This document shows, piece by piece, positions 13,236 through 25,890 of a DNA stretch of 64,000 nt. Below the pieces are notes generated by a model. That model saw only the letters and a program-made list of their open reading frames with translations, had not been told where the DNA came from and searched no databases. Positions within the stretch are counted from its first letter, which is position 1, and each line of letters opens with the position of its first letter. The DNA lies in assembly GCA_030390025.1 (NCBI GenBank), contig CM059434.1, forward strand, positions 99,200,001 through 99,264,000, read 5' to 3'. A program made the position numbers and the translations under genes. The DNA is from Squalus acanthias (Eukaryota).

Positions 13236-14562
13236 GCTGCTGGTAGATACCTCAGTTGAGCAAGCGCTCAGTCAGTGTGGGGAGAGGGTTTTCCCAGGGG
13301 GTCACAGTGGAGATGGATCTCAGCTTCACCACTTACAAAATCAGTAGACCTGCAAAAAGTTCTCCAAGACCTGAGAAAACAAAGTTCTGCCACCTGCAAC
13401 TGATCCTTGTTGAAAACTCCATTTTTATGGTGGAGCTGCAGCTGTTAGGAAGCCAGCCACTTGTGAATCCGACAGGATTAGCTGGCGTGTTCCAGGAGAG
13501 ACGTGCAGCATGCTGGAAATGTGGCAAAATTTGAAAGGCCTCAAAATGGGATTATAGAGGTCATTAAGTAGCAGTTAAGTGCCTTAAGGGCCTATCCCGG
13601 CGCTTGGAGGCGGGACCGAAACGGGATTGGAACCCGCCGTCATTTTTTACAACTTTCCCATCTGACCCGCCTTCAAACCCGCCTCCTTGGGCTGGTAAAA
13701 TCCAGCCCCTAGAGTTCATTTACTTTATAGTAGTGTGCCTGCAAAGGAGAACACTGCATGGCTGCCATAGCATCAGTATAAATGTCAATAATTAAGTGAA
13801 TTCTCCTGTTTTTAGACCATCGAATCTGCATAATTATCCCAGAACACGCAGTGCATGTACTTTTACACCAGTGCTCTCAGTCCTGTTATTTCTAATTGGT
13901 ATTTCTGTTTAGGCAGAACTTTCAGGGCGAGATACTTTAAGCTACTTTTCGATGGGTGCTACGGTGGTCATCTCCTCACCTATGGGTTTGCAAAGCTGGC
14001 AATAACCCCAGAGTAAACAGGCCGTATTTGCTAAGGCCAACTGCCAAGATGACTCAGTAAAGCATAAGCAGTGGGAACACTCGACTCCCAGCCAATCGTA
14101 AATCTGAGTGTCAAGGGCATTCACTCATTCAGGAGAGTTTGGTGTTTTCAACTGGGGTGCGCTGCGGAAAGGAGTGCCTTATGGGGGCTGGGATCAGGGG
14201 GAAGGGCAGACAAATATACTTCATTCTGCTGGCATCTCACTCCCCAATTACACAGAGCATCTCAGGACGTCCCATCCTGAAGACTGGAAACTAAAAAAGG
14301 GACCGCTGGGAAATTTAAAAAATGGAGTTGGAAGTAAACAGGGAAGTTCTTCTGTCGGGCACAGGATTGAAGGACTAGGGTTTAAATTTAGGGAGTCAAG
14401 AGAAAATAGGAAATTTAGTTTTTTTTCCTGAACCTAAAAAAAATAGGAACGTGATAAGAGTTGTGGAACAGATTACCAGTGGCGGTTGTAGTATAGAAAA
14501 CCATGGCAAGTTTTTTAAAAAGGACCTGGGTGAATTCCTGCCATGAAAGGGGATTCAAATCA

Positions 14563-15058
14563 TGTACAGAAAGCAAAATAAAGAGGGAAAGACAGATGGG
14601 ACTAAGAGAGAGATACAAGAAAAAGATAAAGTAAAAAAAAAATTAAATTTTTAAAAATCTCCAACAATAATTAAAATCTGAAGGAATGAGACAACACACT
14701 TGTAAAAGTTAATTTTCAGTGCCAGAGAAGTTGTTTGGCAGTAATTAGGACTTAATTATGGTGTTAAAATCCACTTACGCTAGAATGGACAAGCCTCAAT
14801 TTTTTCTGGCGAGTTTAGTGGGTATCTAGTGAGTAAGTACAGCAACTTCACGCCGTTCCAGGTGTTTCAATGCAGAGTCTCTCATCGAGGTATTGGTGTA
14901 AAAAAGCTTCCGGAGGAGCAGGGCAAATCGGACAGCAACTTCCTGATTTCCATGTTTAACTGCGCATGTTCGGTCGCCAGAAGTTGCTGTCCGATTTACT
15001 CCATAATAATGGTGAGCGCTGCTCGCCTCACTGTTACTTTTACCGCAAAATCCGGGCC
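14563..15058. mobile_element. Truncated Harbinger-like non-autonomous element (one end)
   Basis: The right end reads GGCCCGGATTTTGCGG on the reverse complement, similar to the TIR of the 9622 element. No left TIR was found. Confidence 0.45.
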
Positions 15059-15679
15059 ATGAACTGGTCATTTGTCTCATTTACTGTTTTTGGGACCTTG
15101 CTGAGTGCAAATTAGATATTGCTTTTGTTTACAGAATAATAGTGACTGGACCTCAAAAGTAATTTATTGGCTGTGAAGTGCTTGGGGCATCCTGAGGACA
15201 TGAAAGGAATTATATGAATCTTTCTTTAGCTCCAAAGTCACAGTAAGGAAACTTGATGGATAAGGTAGGTTAAATGGACAAATGGGCTTCTCCTGCCTAT
15301 AACATTATTCTGTAAATAAGTGTCTGCACTAGGATGGATATTGCCATTCATTTTTTAGGATATTAAATTTCAGAGAAAAGCAAGATTTTCCACTTGATAA
15401 ACAAATGATCAAAACCGACCCCACACACTTCTATCCTCCAGCCTGACCCACGAATCACCCCATTAACAGTCCATAGTCAATGAAAAGCCTCCTAATGTGT
15501 CACTTACTTTTTAGTAGCATAAACAACTGTATCATGCTAATGTGATGGCAGACCAATAAAACAATCTTTCGCACTTCAAAAACCTCCTCACAACCTACCA
15601 CTTTGATCAGGTCTTTGGTCACTTCCTCAGTGTCTGCTCTCCTCCCCCTTTGTTTATGAAGTGCCTTGCTATAAAAGCG

Positions 15680-16106
15680 TCAGCCTTGGCTCACTTGTAG
15701 CTTGTTCACCTCAGAGTCAGAAGGTTGTGGGTTCAAGTCCCACTCCAGAGGCTTGAACAAATAATCTAAGTTGATACTTCAGTACAGTGTTGAGGGAGTG
15801 CTGCACTGTCGCAGGTGCAGTCTTTCGGTGAGATGTTAAAACAAAGCCCTGTCTGTCCCATCAGGTGGACATAAAAGATCCAATGGCACTATTCAAAGAA
15901 GAGTAAGGTAATTCATCCTGGCGTCCTGGATGACATTTATCCCCCCAACCAACACCACCGAACAGATTATCTGGTCATTTAAGTCATTGCTATCTGTGGG
16001 ACCTACAGCACCACAGTAACTACACTTCAAAAGTACTTGATTGGCTGTGAAGCACTTTGGGATGTCTTGAGGTCATGAACAGTGCTATATAAATGCAAGC
16101 TCTTTC
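15680..16106 (+). mobile_element. Deu-domain SINE (SacSINE1/AmnSINE1-like), near full length
   Basis: tRNA-like head (GGTTCAAGTCCCAC B-box), Deu-type core (GCACTGTC..GGTGC..TCTTTCGG..AGATGTTAAA; AAAAGATCC.ATGGCACTATTC.AAGAAGAG) and a GCTATATAAATGCAAG tail. Tail fragments also occur at about 15062-15225, 28745-28895 and 47660-47765. Confidence 0.8.
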
Positions 16107-16744
16107 ATTTTTTGCATTTTGTCAGGTTAAAGGCACTAAGCAAGTGTTGTTATACCAGCAGGTTGAACGGCTCAGCCTTCCCACAAAACCTATTTTGTTT
16201 TTGATTGTTGAATTGCAGATTTTCCCAGTTACTGAGGGAAAAAAACAGCTGCCAAAAACATCAGCAAACACGAGCTGCACATGTGCAAGCTCAGTAGTTT
16301 TTCCACTTGTTCTGCTGCTATGGAATCCACGCCATTGTAAAAATGGGGCAAACTGCCTAACACTGGGAGCCTCCGGCCACGAACAGAACCGCTTCTTAAT
16401 ATGGAACATGGATCGGCAATACATTCTCTTAAAATAGGCTGTACGTCTTCTACTTTCTTCTATTCACTTTTTTTTTTAAAGTCAGGTATCCAACTGGTTC
16501 AACCTCTTTCTGTCAGATGGAGTGATAATGAGGCCATGAAGTTGATCACTGTACAGCCTGTGAAACAGGGTTAATTATGTTGCAGGAGGGCAGGAACGTG
16601 CACCTCCAGCTTTGCTCAAAACGTTGGGCTTTAGGAGGGTAGCAGATGTGTTATTCTGCCAGAACTTAAAATGACTATTTTTTTTAAATGGTATATATTT
16701 TAATCAGCAGATTGTTGGTGATTAAATCAGTACTAATGAATTAT

Positions 16745-16920
16745 ATCACTAATTCTTTCAAAAGGGAATGGTATAAATACTTGGAGGAGAAAAAAATTGC
16801 AGGGATGTGGGGAAAGAGCCGGGGAGTGGGACTAACTGGATTGCTTTTCGAAAGAACTGGCGCAGACTCAATGGACCGAATGGCTGCCTTCTGTGCTGTA
16901 CTATTCTATGATTCTATGAT
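16745..16920 (+). mobile_element. CR1 LINE 3' end fragment
   Basis: FKREWYKYL, resembling a CR1 C-terminus, then GGACCGAATGGCTGCCTTCTGTGCTG and an (ATTCTATG)2 tail. Confidence 0.75.
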
Positions 16921-18439
16921 AACAGCCTGTTGTGTTATAAAGATAATTATGAGATACTTGTGGCGGATTCTGACTTGGCATTGTCTTATCAAAACCGCTT
17001 ACCATAACACACAAGCATTTCAACATCTTTGAAAAGTTATTGCCTCCTTAAACCTTGCAATTTATGAGGTCAAATCAACATTATTATTCCAGATAAAATT
17101 CAGTCAACAGCCAGGGCCTTTGTAAATCACACAGCCTTAAATCAATCAATCTGCATGGCTCTGCTGAATGAACACCAAAGCAAGAAAGATGTTGCTTCCC
17201 TATGTACTGGAGAGCTCAGTTACAGTGTCAAAATACTTCACCACAAAGAGAAAAAGGATTTTCTGGATCTACAATTATTGCTGGTTATGTAGAATTAATA
17301 AATACTACCGGGGCCTTCGTGTCTGAGTATTTTTGCAAGCCATGGAAAAATGAAACACAGAAAGGAACCCCCAATGTTAATGAATAACAGGAAATTTATC
17401 ATAATTTTGTCGTTATCTCCAACTGCAGGTTTGTTAGGAGAAGAGATCGGATCCATATGCAGAGCAATGCACAGTGCGGAACCACAGCACCATCCCATTC
17501 ACTACCGTCACCATCAACTCGTTTCTTTGGCAGCTCAGTGTCGGGCAGAAAATAAAAACCACATGCCCATTTTCCGTCTCCATTATCTTTACAGTTTCAC
17601 AGTTTAAAATCCACCTTCCTGACAGTAATCCTGCTGAGGTGGGCACCTTGCTATCTGAGGGTGGGGGAAGGGCGTTCTGAGATCACATGTCTGTTGAGAG
17701 TATGTCCATAAACCAGGACTACCAGTCCAAGGCACGGTGCACTAACACACTGCACAACAATTCTCCTTTATCCTGAAATGAATTTACATTACATCCATAT
17801 TGCAGTGCAGGCTGCATTCTGGGTGTCAAATTTAATATAGGACCTTGAACCTCGAATAAGAACAGTTAAAAAGATGTGGTTATCCCTAGTTTGACGGTAC
17901 AGGTGGTCGGTTGGTACACCAACAAAAATAAGTAGCACCTAGTTCGCCTAGAAACTCCGTACAGCATAATTTCGCAATCTGACCATGGGCTACTCAAGGT
18001 ATATACTATGGCAGACCTTTTTGAGAATTTGTCTAAACATTTAGAATCGAGTATTTAGATCAAGGAGTAGAGGATAGCAACTCACTTGTATGGAGTCACG
18101 CTACCAAAGTTATAGGAACCAACCCAGTTTCAAAAATCCTGTTTCTGCGTTTGATTTTGGTACGGCTGGCCTATTTAGAAAGTCTCCCCATGGAGCACCC
18201 TCACTGCTAGGATCTACGGCTCATTTACTTTGAGTAGTGTGGCCCAGCACATGCAGGTGCTTCCCAAGTCATTACACCCTATAAAGGGTACCATGGGGCT
18301 GCTAACTGAAGGCGGTTGAGAAACTGGGGTTGGCTTACAGTCTGCATCAGTTTACATTGCAGTACCTCAATGAATGCTACCCAAGCTTAAGTTTATTTAT
18401 GTCATAATTTATGAGTTTTACGTTATTTTAAAAAATAAA

Positions 18440-18960
18440 TTACTTCTAAATTGGCTAATTTGCATGATGCTGGGCTCACTCAGCCAACTGTATGAATGGA
18501 CACAGGAACAATCATAGCTGTTCACACAGCCACAAAATCTCATTGTATTTATCGGCGGTGAAAACATGACAATGAAAGCAGACTATTGGCGAGACCCAAT
18601 TTATTTCTAAGCAAATACAGTAAATTTATATAAAAGTTAGACAGGTACAAGAGAGTTTTTTTTTAATTGCGTTTTTACTTAATATAAATGGTCGATAAAA
18701 GGGCAAGGCCCTAAAGCTGTAAATAAAACCTGTACAAATTCCTCTGTACACATTCCTACAGTTCACAGTAACCCCGCTATTATTTACAAAGTAACCCTCA
18801 CACCCATCGGGGTTATCTGCTTACCAACTATACTGATACAATGCTGATGGCAATACTGGGCCACTGCGTCGTTGCTATTCATTACAGTCTAATTACATTC
18901 CTTGCAGCTTCCAAACTTAAGTTCTGCCTAAAATGAGACAAGCCAACAGCTGCCCACTGC
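18440..18960. promoter_or_regulatory. Possible conserved non-coding enhancer
   Basis: Repeat-free, motif-dense stretch with an octamer ATTTGCAT (~18457), Sox-like AACAAT/CATTGT sites and homeodomain TAATT/TTTATA cores. Conservation was not tested. Confidence 0.25.
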
Positions 18961-19510
18961 TTTCCGATCCCGTCAGACCCAAACTCAGTTTATTTACATT
19001 TCCTTGGCACTTTCATTTTAACACTTCAGAAGACACGGGGCATTAAGAACAACAAATAGTGCTTTGCTTTTTACAACAACAAAAAATGCTGCTACACAGT
19101 CTTATCAGGAGAGTGGAAGATTACAAGTTACAACATGCTACAGGAGATGTAGCTAGATGTTTCAAGTCTCTAAGTGCTCATCACAGCACTTGTGCTAACC
19201 ATTCGAAGAGCCGATTTATTCAGCAGGTTAACGGATTTATAAATACAGCTAATAGTATTGTATTCGACATTGCTAAAGAAAAATATACAAGAGAGAAAAA
19301 TTAAATGACATATTAGTGTTAACAATGTGAAGAAAGAGGATCTTTTTAAATTCCCACAAACCTCCACAGTTTTAAATGCTTCTGTACATATATATTATAC
19401 ATTCCACCCCCCTGCTCCAATTTTCCTTCCTCCTCTCCTGAATGCGCTGTGCCAACTATCCTCCTTTAATTTATCTAAATGGTCATTCTTCATATGCAAG
19501 TCAGAACAAT

Positions 19511-20831
19511 GGCCCAGAGTTTCCTGGAGACCTGGACCATTGGGATGGCTCATCTATGGCGCTGGGTTTTATGCCATAAATGTCCCAGGCAATTATGACA
19601 TAAGTGAGTTACGCTATTATTTACAGCGCATCATAATTCCCCGGAACGTTTGCTCCGCTCACCAATATCTTGGCCGAAAGCGTGCAAAATTGATCATAGC
19701 TCCGCCCTCAAGTTCAGTTAACACCAATCAAATTTCATGGATTTACACCAGTTTTCTCACTGAAGTTACTTAGACTGAAAAATAATGGCACAGGTGTATT
19801 TAAATTCATGAGTACAGAAGAATTGATTAAAGTCTCTGTTGTTTCTTGATATTTTTAATTCTTAGCTAAAACCAATCAAAGCACTTCTTTGTCATTATGT
19901 GTTATGTTTAGTGCACAGTGTAGAGCACTGAACTGCCTGCACATGCCATTGATAAAAGCAAAAGTGGCGGAGAAATTTTTTTAGGTCCGTTTTCGGGAAT
20001 GATTGGTGCGCTTGAAACACGCACCTGAGGCCTGAGGCCAGAGGCTTGTTCGAAAGTCGGCTTTAGGCTCATTCGAATAATTCTGGTGAGCTGAGGGGGT
20101 TTCCTGAGGCAGCTTGCTGGTTTTCTCCGGACCAATTTGGGCCGGCTGTGACACCAGTAACAACCCTCAAGTAGATTCTAGGAAGCGGGTAAGACGAACG
20201 GGAAGGGGGCAACATGAAGGAGCCGAGCCAGAAGGAACATTCCAACGCCTGGCTCCACATCAAAGTAATTGAAAAAGAAAAAGCAGACCTGTATGTTGGT
20301 GGCCTCCAGCAAAACCTTTAAAGACCGCTGGTTAGGCCACAGAAAGAATCGGAAAAACTGAGCAACGGCGAATGCTCAGCGAATGTTCCACTCAGTTTCT
20401 GACCAAATTCAGAGCAGATTCCTTAAACAGGCATTAGGCCCCTTGTATATGCCAACAAAGAGCCCAACACCTGTGTAAGGCAGCCACCAGGGATGCCTGA
20501 ATATCGCCCGAGCCAATATGACATTGGACTTATTTCAGGCGCCATTGGGACGTGGGACATAACCCCCAATATTGGACCATTTTGAACTAGTTCAGTATAG
20601 TGAAAGGATTTGAAATTCAGAATTCTATGATTCAGGTCATGCCAATAGTGATCTGTTTCATTGATGTAAATAGGGTAAGCCACTGGTTGTGCCACTTCGG
20701 AGGTCCCGGATTCACCATTATGCTCGCTGCAGCATAGTCAAATTACTTTTCCAGGAAAGTTTGGAGTAAATTCACAATAGGAATATCGGGGGACGAAACA
20801 TGTAATTTACAGATCGAGGAAATTCTGGGCC
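19511..20831. mobile_element. Non-autonomous Harbinger-like element (~1.3 kb)
   Basis: TIRs GGCCCAGAGTTTCCTG (19511) and, on the reverse complement, GGCCCAGAATTTCCTC (ends 20831). There is a perfect 3-bp flanking duplication AAT/AAT and no coding capacity. Confidence 0.75.
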
Positions 20832-22395
20832 AATGAGCGTCATCAAAGCATTTAACCATGAGGAGCATCACAGCTGCGCCCAATCCTATCCCAATCCAAT
20901 GTCCACACGTGTACTCTAGCAAGAGCCAAAGAATAGTGATCACGAGTGGTAATGATAGCCATTTGTGGCATCCTCTGTCCAGCTCAGAGGCACAAAGACC
21001 AACAGTCTTTACTAACCCAGCTGAGAGTAGCTAACTCCTTCCAGCCCAGGCATCAAACCTGGCACCTTTGTACCCTGTATGGCTCATTGGGCAGTACATT
21101 GACCAACTGAACTGTGGGGGCTGCCTTCACGCAAGTATTCTTATGTGGGAAGCATCAACCAATACGAACGAATGCACGACTACAAGCACCTAAAGCATTC
21201 TGTAACTGACAGAGAATTAAACGCGATTTACTAAAACTGCTGTCCATAATCCCCGCCACGACTAAGTTCACCAATACATAGAGCTCACTGCACCACAGGA
21301 CTGGAGAGAGGGGCATCATATCAAGTTTAAACACAGGAAGCTACCATGACATTTTTCATAAATTGTGGAAGACAAATATTGTGATTGTGATTAAAACAAT
21401 AAAGCACAGTTTCTGGGAGAGACTGGCATGCAATACTCCCCAATGTTATCGCAACTTCCTGGCATATTCTCATAAGAGAAACTGCAGTGCTACAACTGAA
21501 AAAGAAAAAAATCATTTCACCATTTTCTGGGAGAGGAGCCGCTTATACTCATTGTATAAATTCAGATGGCACATCTAAACAAAATATAGCTATAATAAAA
21601 CAAACAGTCTCGTCGTCACGCCTTCTCTGTATACTTGCACAGAAAGTCACTGTATTTTAAAAATTCTAGCAATTAAGTCAAAGCTGTGATGATTTGCAAA
21701 CCCCGTGCTCCCCACCCACCACAGATTGTAGAAGAATTCTGCAAGCTTTGTTACTTTTGATTCTTTCATGTTACCATAGTGTGCCGATGGAGCGGTGCAA
21801 CATACTGCGTAGTTGGCGGAGTGGGGAGGGGCTGTCACAGTTGTCGCAAATCATCACTAAATCAGAATGAGTTCCATCGACCACCACTGTTTTGGCTGCT
21901 GCCAACCCACAGAACTGAGTTAACAGCAAGAAGTTCAGTTTTATGACCTGCAGTAACAATAGCTCCTGGGTGCCCGAGCAAGCTTTTCTCATGAAGCCCA
22001 AGGCAGCCTTCCTAGGAATGCCAGGATTTTCAACGCAATTTTATTTTAAATATGAACTGATCTGGAAACGACAAGCAGGAAGTCGGGCTGATTTTTTTCC
22101 CCCTTTTCCTAATCCAGTAACCCTGATGACAATTGTGGCATTCTAATTACTGCTTCAGCGGAGATCAGCACAGACTGGCATTCAAACCTGGGGTCTTCTG
22201 GTCTGTGTGGCTTAGCACCATGCCATGGGGTGTATTTATCCTTTAAGCAACACTCGCCTAACTCTTAACAGATTCTTGTAACAAAGGCCATCTAAAAGTC
22301 AGTTTCTATTTGCTGCTCCACATTTGGTTGGAAGTGGCATTTAGCACATATTACTACAAGTGCATCAGATTACTGGCGTACTCAAAGTATCACTT

Positions 22396-22580
22396 TCAGT
22401 TAATCAAACGGTCATTCATTTTTTTCTCAATAGGTTCAAAAGGTACGACACTGGATTTACCAAAGACGGGCGTGTGGCATACATGAAGCCAGTACTCAAA
22501 TCCAGACAACCTTTTGGTGCCACAGTGTAGTGACATCACTGCATAAGCATGTGAAGTGTAGCTACAAGCATCACGTGCGC
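22396..22580 (-). other. Candidate terminal exon (phase 1) encoding xARDACSYTSH...NDRLIN*
   Basis: ttttctctctctcctattgtgatgcttgtgtgtgcag|GC is the first AG after the tract, followed by an ~60-codon open frame. Confidence 0.3.
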
Positions 22581-22705
22581 CTGCACACACAAGCATCACA
22601 ATAGGAGAGAGAGAAAAGCGCAAGCAAGTTGTTCCATTTATCCATGCACTTGGGAACTGTCTTAGCTTCTGGACAAACTGGAAACCAACTTTGCTATTCC
22701 CTATT

Positions 22706-23114
22706 ATAGAAACATAGAAACATAGAATCTAGGAGCAGGAGTAGGCCATTCGGCCCGTCGAGCCTGCTCCACCATTCAATACGATCATGGCTGATCATTC
22801 AAATCCAGTACCCTGTCCCTGCTTTAATCCCCACAGTACACATATCTCACCCTATCCCCGTTTATTTAATTCCCCCTAACATATCCCATCCTATCCCCAT
22901 ATTTAATCCCCCCCCCTAACACTAAGGGTCAATTTATCATAGCCAAATCAACCTAACCCGCACATTTTTGGACTGTGGGAGGAAACCGGAGCACCCGGAG
23001 TAAACCCACGCAGACACGGGGAGAATGTGCAAACTCCACACAGACAGTCACCCGAGGTCAGATTCGAACCCGGGTCCCTGGCGCTGTGAGGCACCAGTGC
23101 TAACCACTATGCCA
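22706..23114 (-). mobile_element. HE1-type V-SINE with CR1-derived tail
   Basis: The reverse complement has a tRNA-like head (GGTTCGAATC), a V-domain (GTGTGGAGTTTGCACATTCTCCCCGTGTCTGCGTGGG...CCGGGTGCTCCGGTTTCCTCCCAC) and a tail GGGCCGAATGGCCTACTCCTGCTCCT...(TTCTATGT)n. Confidence 0.88.
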
Positions 23115-23985
23115 ATAGAACTGGTAGTGCCACCACTAACTGTATTGGCTCACAAATGAAAAATTGCAGCTTGAAAGAACTGCAAGAGGATCCTTGATAC
23201 CCAGGGAACTGTATCCCAGCATGAGCAAGTGCCTTCAGGAGTGGAGAAGCAATATAGGAGGGGGAAATCTTAATTTAAAAAACAAAATTACAGATTTTGA
23301 ATAGGCAAGACTTGGGGGCCAGCAATAGCTGATCTATACAAGTGCCTGGCTTCACAAACAGAGCCTCTATTTTAATAAATGGCCCAGAAGAGAAGCACTG
23401 GTCAGTGAAATACTTAGAAAGACACCCCATGCACGAAGAAACCTTGCAGCTGCTGTTAAAAGAAAATCCACCGTTGTTGAAGGCATTTCAAAAATTCCTC
23501 ACAGAATTATTTTGCTGAAATCTGGATTAAACATTCAAAAAAAATTTGAAAAAACTTAAGATAGTTTGCAGGATAATGATTTATCTTCACCTGAGGCACT
23601 TAATCTGTCAACAAAAAGCACAGAAGAAATCCAGATTGCGTGATGTATAGTCAGTTTTAAAAAATGGAAGCAGGCTTTGATCCCCAAGTGAAATGTAGTA
23701 ATGACATGACTGACAGCCTGCTGAGCAACATGCAAATAAAAAGCAACTACTTTGAATGCATCTCAGTTAACTTCCCACTTCAATAACTCACAAACAAAAA
23801 ATAATGTTTTTCTGCAGGTGCTGTTTATTTTGTTGACTGCTGACGAGTTGATCCTTTGATAAATGATTGTGAATTCAGCTATGCCATTCAGTAATTCACA
23901 CAGTATTTGTATGATTGCTGAGTTCCAAACAATAGTTCATTATGAAACATTACATTCAGCCTCTTCTCAGAGTGAACAAGGCAGA

Positions 23986-24196
23986 GAGATCTGGGGTTGG
24001 GGGTGGTGAAATTGGTCTTCGGCGCTAGTACAAAACAGGCAATCGCGAATCGCCAGCCCGTATTGCACCCTGTCAGATATTATTTTCCAGTGAAGTCAAT
24101 GGAAAAGAAAATGGGGCAAGGTGTAAAAACAGGCTGCTGATTCAGCATTGGCCGTTTTGTGCTACTGCCGAAAACCAATTTCTCCCCCCAGATCTC
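23986..24196. mobile_element. Palindromic MITE-like element (~210 bp)
   Basis: GAGATCTGGGG...GAAATTGGTCTTCGGC pairs with GCCGAAAACCAATTTC...CCCCAGATCTC around a central CCAGTGAAGTCAATGG. A related fragment lies near 27590-27662. Confidence 0.65.
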
Positions 24197-24529
24197 ATCT
24201 ACAACTGTGTTCAATTTGCTACAATGCTCCTTGATGTAGGCAAAGCACACATTCATTGACATGGTAACCAGTGCAAACACTTGTATTCATTCCCAGTGCT
24301 GGGTCAATGATTATCTTGCACACTTAAACCAGCCAGAATCAGTTTACCTGCAAACCAAGTCAAATCAATGTACTGCAGAGAAGTTCTATACTGAATCTGC
24401 GACTGAATATTTGGAGACATATCTGCATGAAAATAATTCAAGACTTACTCTCAATTACAAGTGTTGGCGAATACTTGCATAAGGTAATCATGCTGGACCA
24501 CATGAAGTGCTATTGAGCCTCAGTCTCCT

Positions 24530-24830
24530 CCACCAAAGCCGCCCACTACTCCAGGATCATCCTGGAGAGTGAAGATAACTCCTGGCTTCTTTTCTCCATT
24601 ACCAATCGTTTCCTTAAACTTCTCTCCCCTACCCTCCAACAACAAGTGCAAGCTCACGGACTTCTTTGCCACCAAGATTGATATCATCTATCAGCTACCT
24701 CTGCTGCTTCACCCCCGCCCATTCCCTTGCCCACCAATCCAAACCTCCCCGCAGGCGCCTTCCTGCCCAAACCCTAAACCAGTGTCTTTCTCTACCTCCT
24801 CAAACAATTCAACTAGATTACACAGACATG
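24530..24830 (+). mobile_element. L2-like LINE internal fragment
   Basis: Pyrimidine-rich, with a DFFATKIDII motif typical of the L2 ORF2 linker. Confidence 0.45.
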
Positions 24831-24845
24831 ACCTACTCTTCACAA

Positions 24846-25890
24846 AACCATACAAAAATGACAGGAAAAGACCCACTGGTCCATCTAGCCTGTCCCATAA
24901 AGTTGTGATGCCTAGTGCACCATGATACAGACATTTCCCACCCACCCAGAGCCATGAAATCACGTGGGAGTGGCAGAAAACCAGGTAAAAGCCCAGGCCA
25001 ATTAGAGAAAAAATATAGAAAATTCCTCTCTGACCCCTTTAGGCAATCGAAACTAGTCCAGGAGGTCACAGACACGAATTTATATTACACGATGCCTAAC
25101 TCCAAGGTGATCTCTGCCCCAGCCAGAAGCAGGTCCAGCTCTCTCTTGAAGGAATACAGCGAATCAGCATTCACCGTACAAGCCATTACCTGTTCCACAG
25201 CTCCACTCGTCTCGAAGAGAAGAACAACCACCTGACATCCAGCCTAGTTCTTGCCTTACATAACTTGTAAGTGTGATCCCCTGTTCCTCCCTAACCTATT
25301 CAGTTGAAATAATTTGTCCACATAAACACAATTCATTATTTTATAAACCTTGATCAAATCGCCCCCGAGTCTACACTTTTCTAAAGTATACTGACCCAGC
25401 CCTTTGTGCCTATCTGGATAACTAAGGTGTTTTAAACGGGAATTAATCGTGTGGCCCTACTGTGCACCCTTTCCAGAGCCTCAATATCCTCCATCATGTG
25501 AGGGCACCAAAACTAGACACAGTATTCTAACTGAGGCTGAACCAACGACAAAATGGTATGCTTTGTTTAACAGTGAATTGTCCTGTAAATACAGCCTAGA
25601 GCCCCGTTTGCTTTAACTATAGCTTCACAGCATTGGTTATGATCCTTTAGAGTGATGCACTGTAACTCAAAGTTGCCTTACTTAAATTTAAAACCTTAGT
25701 TTGAGACGCTTTCTTCTCCCTCTCAAACCTAATATCAAATTCAATCCTATTATGGTCACTATTTGCAAGATGTTTCCTTACAGTCAGATGATTATCTAAT
25801 TCTGCTTTGTTACTCATCATTAAATGTAGCGTGACTTGTTCCCTAATCGTTACAGATTTTTCTAGAAAACTGCCCTGAATAAACTCAAGG
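24846..25890 (-). mobile_element. Degenerate CR1 LINE fragments (3' end plus endonuclease piece)
   Basis: Minus-strand LEYCV.FW.P and EALERVH-like RT C-terminal motifs at about 25470-25540. HLANSDHNRIEF (ORF 25647-25907) matches the CR1 APE-domain SDH motif. Confidence 0.65.

Larger units (their letters stand above)
9622..13708. mobile_element. Full-length PIF/Harbinger DNA transposon (~4.1 kb), inactivated copy
   Basis: Left TIR GGGCTGGATTTTGCCA...GCGGGTTGGGGGCGGGTCAGGTGGG starts at 9622. The reverse complement of the right end (ends 13708) reads GGGCTGGATTTTACCA...GCGGGTTTGAAGGCGGGTCAGATGGG. The 3-nt flanks are CTT/CTA. It encloses a Myb/SANT gene and a DDE transposase, the diagnostic Harbinger two-gene cargo. 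Confidence 0.93.

Noticed and set aside
10414-13534. Numerous overlapping antisense or alternate-frame ORFs in the ORF track (e.g. 12903-13259 poly-Leu)
   Set aside because: These are shadows of GC-rich transposon coding sequence. The poly-Leu is the antisense of the polyQ.
22990-23114. tRNA gene
   Set aside because: The A/B-box-like sequence is the head of an HE1 SINE. The same applies to the other SINE heads.
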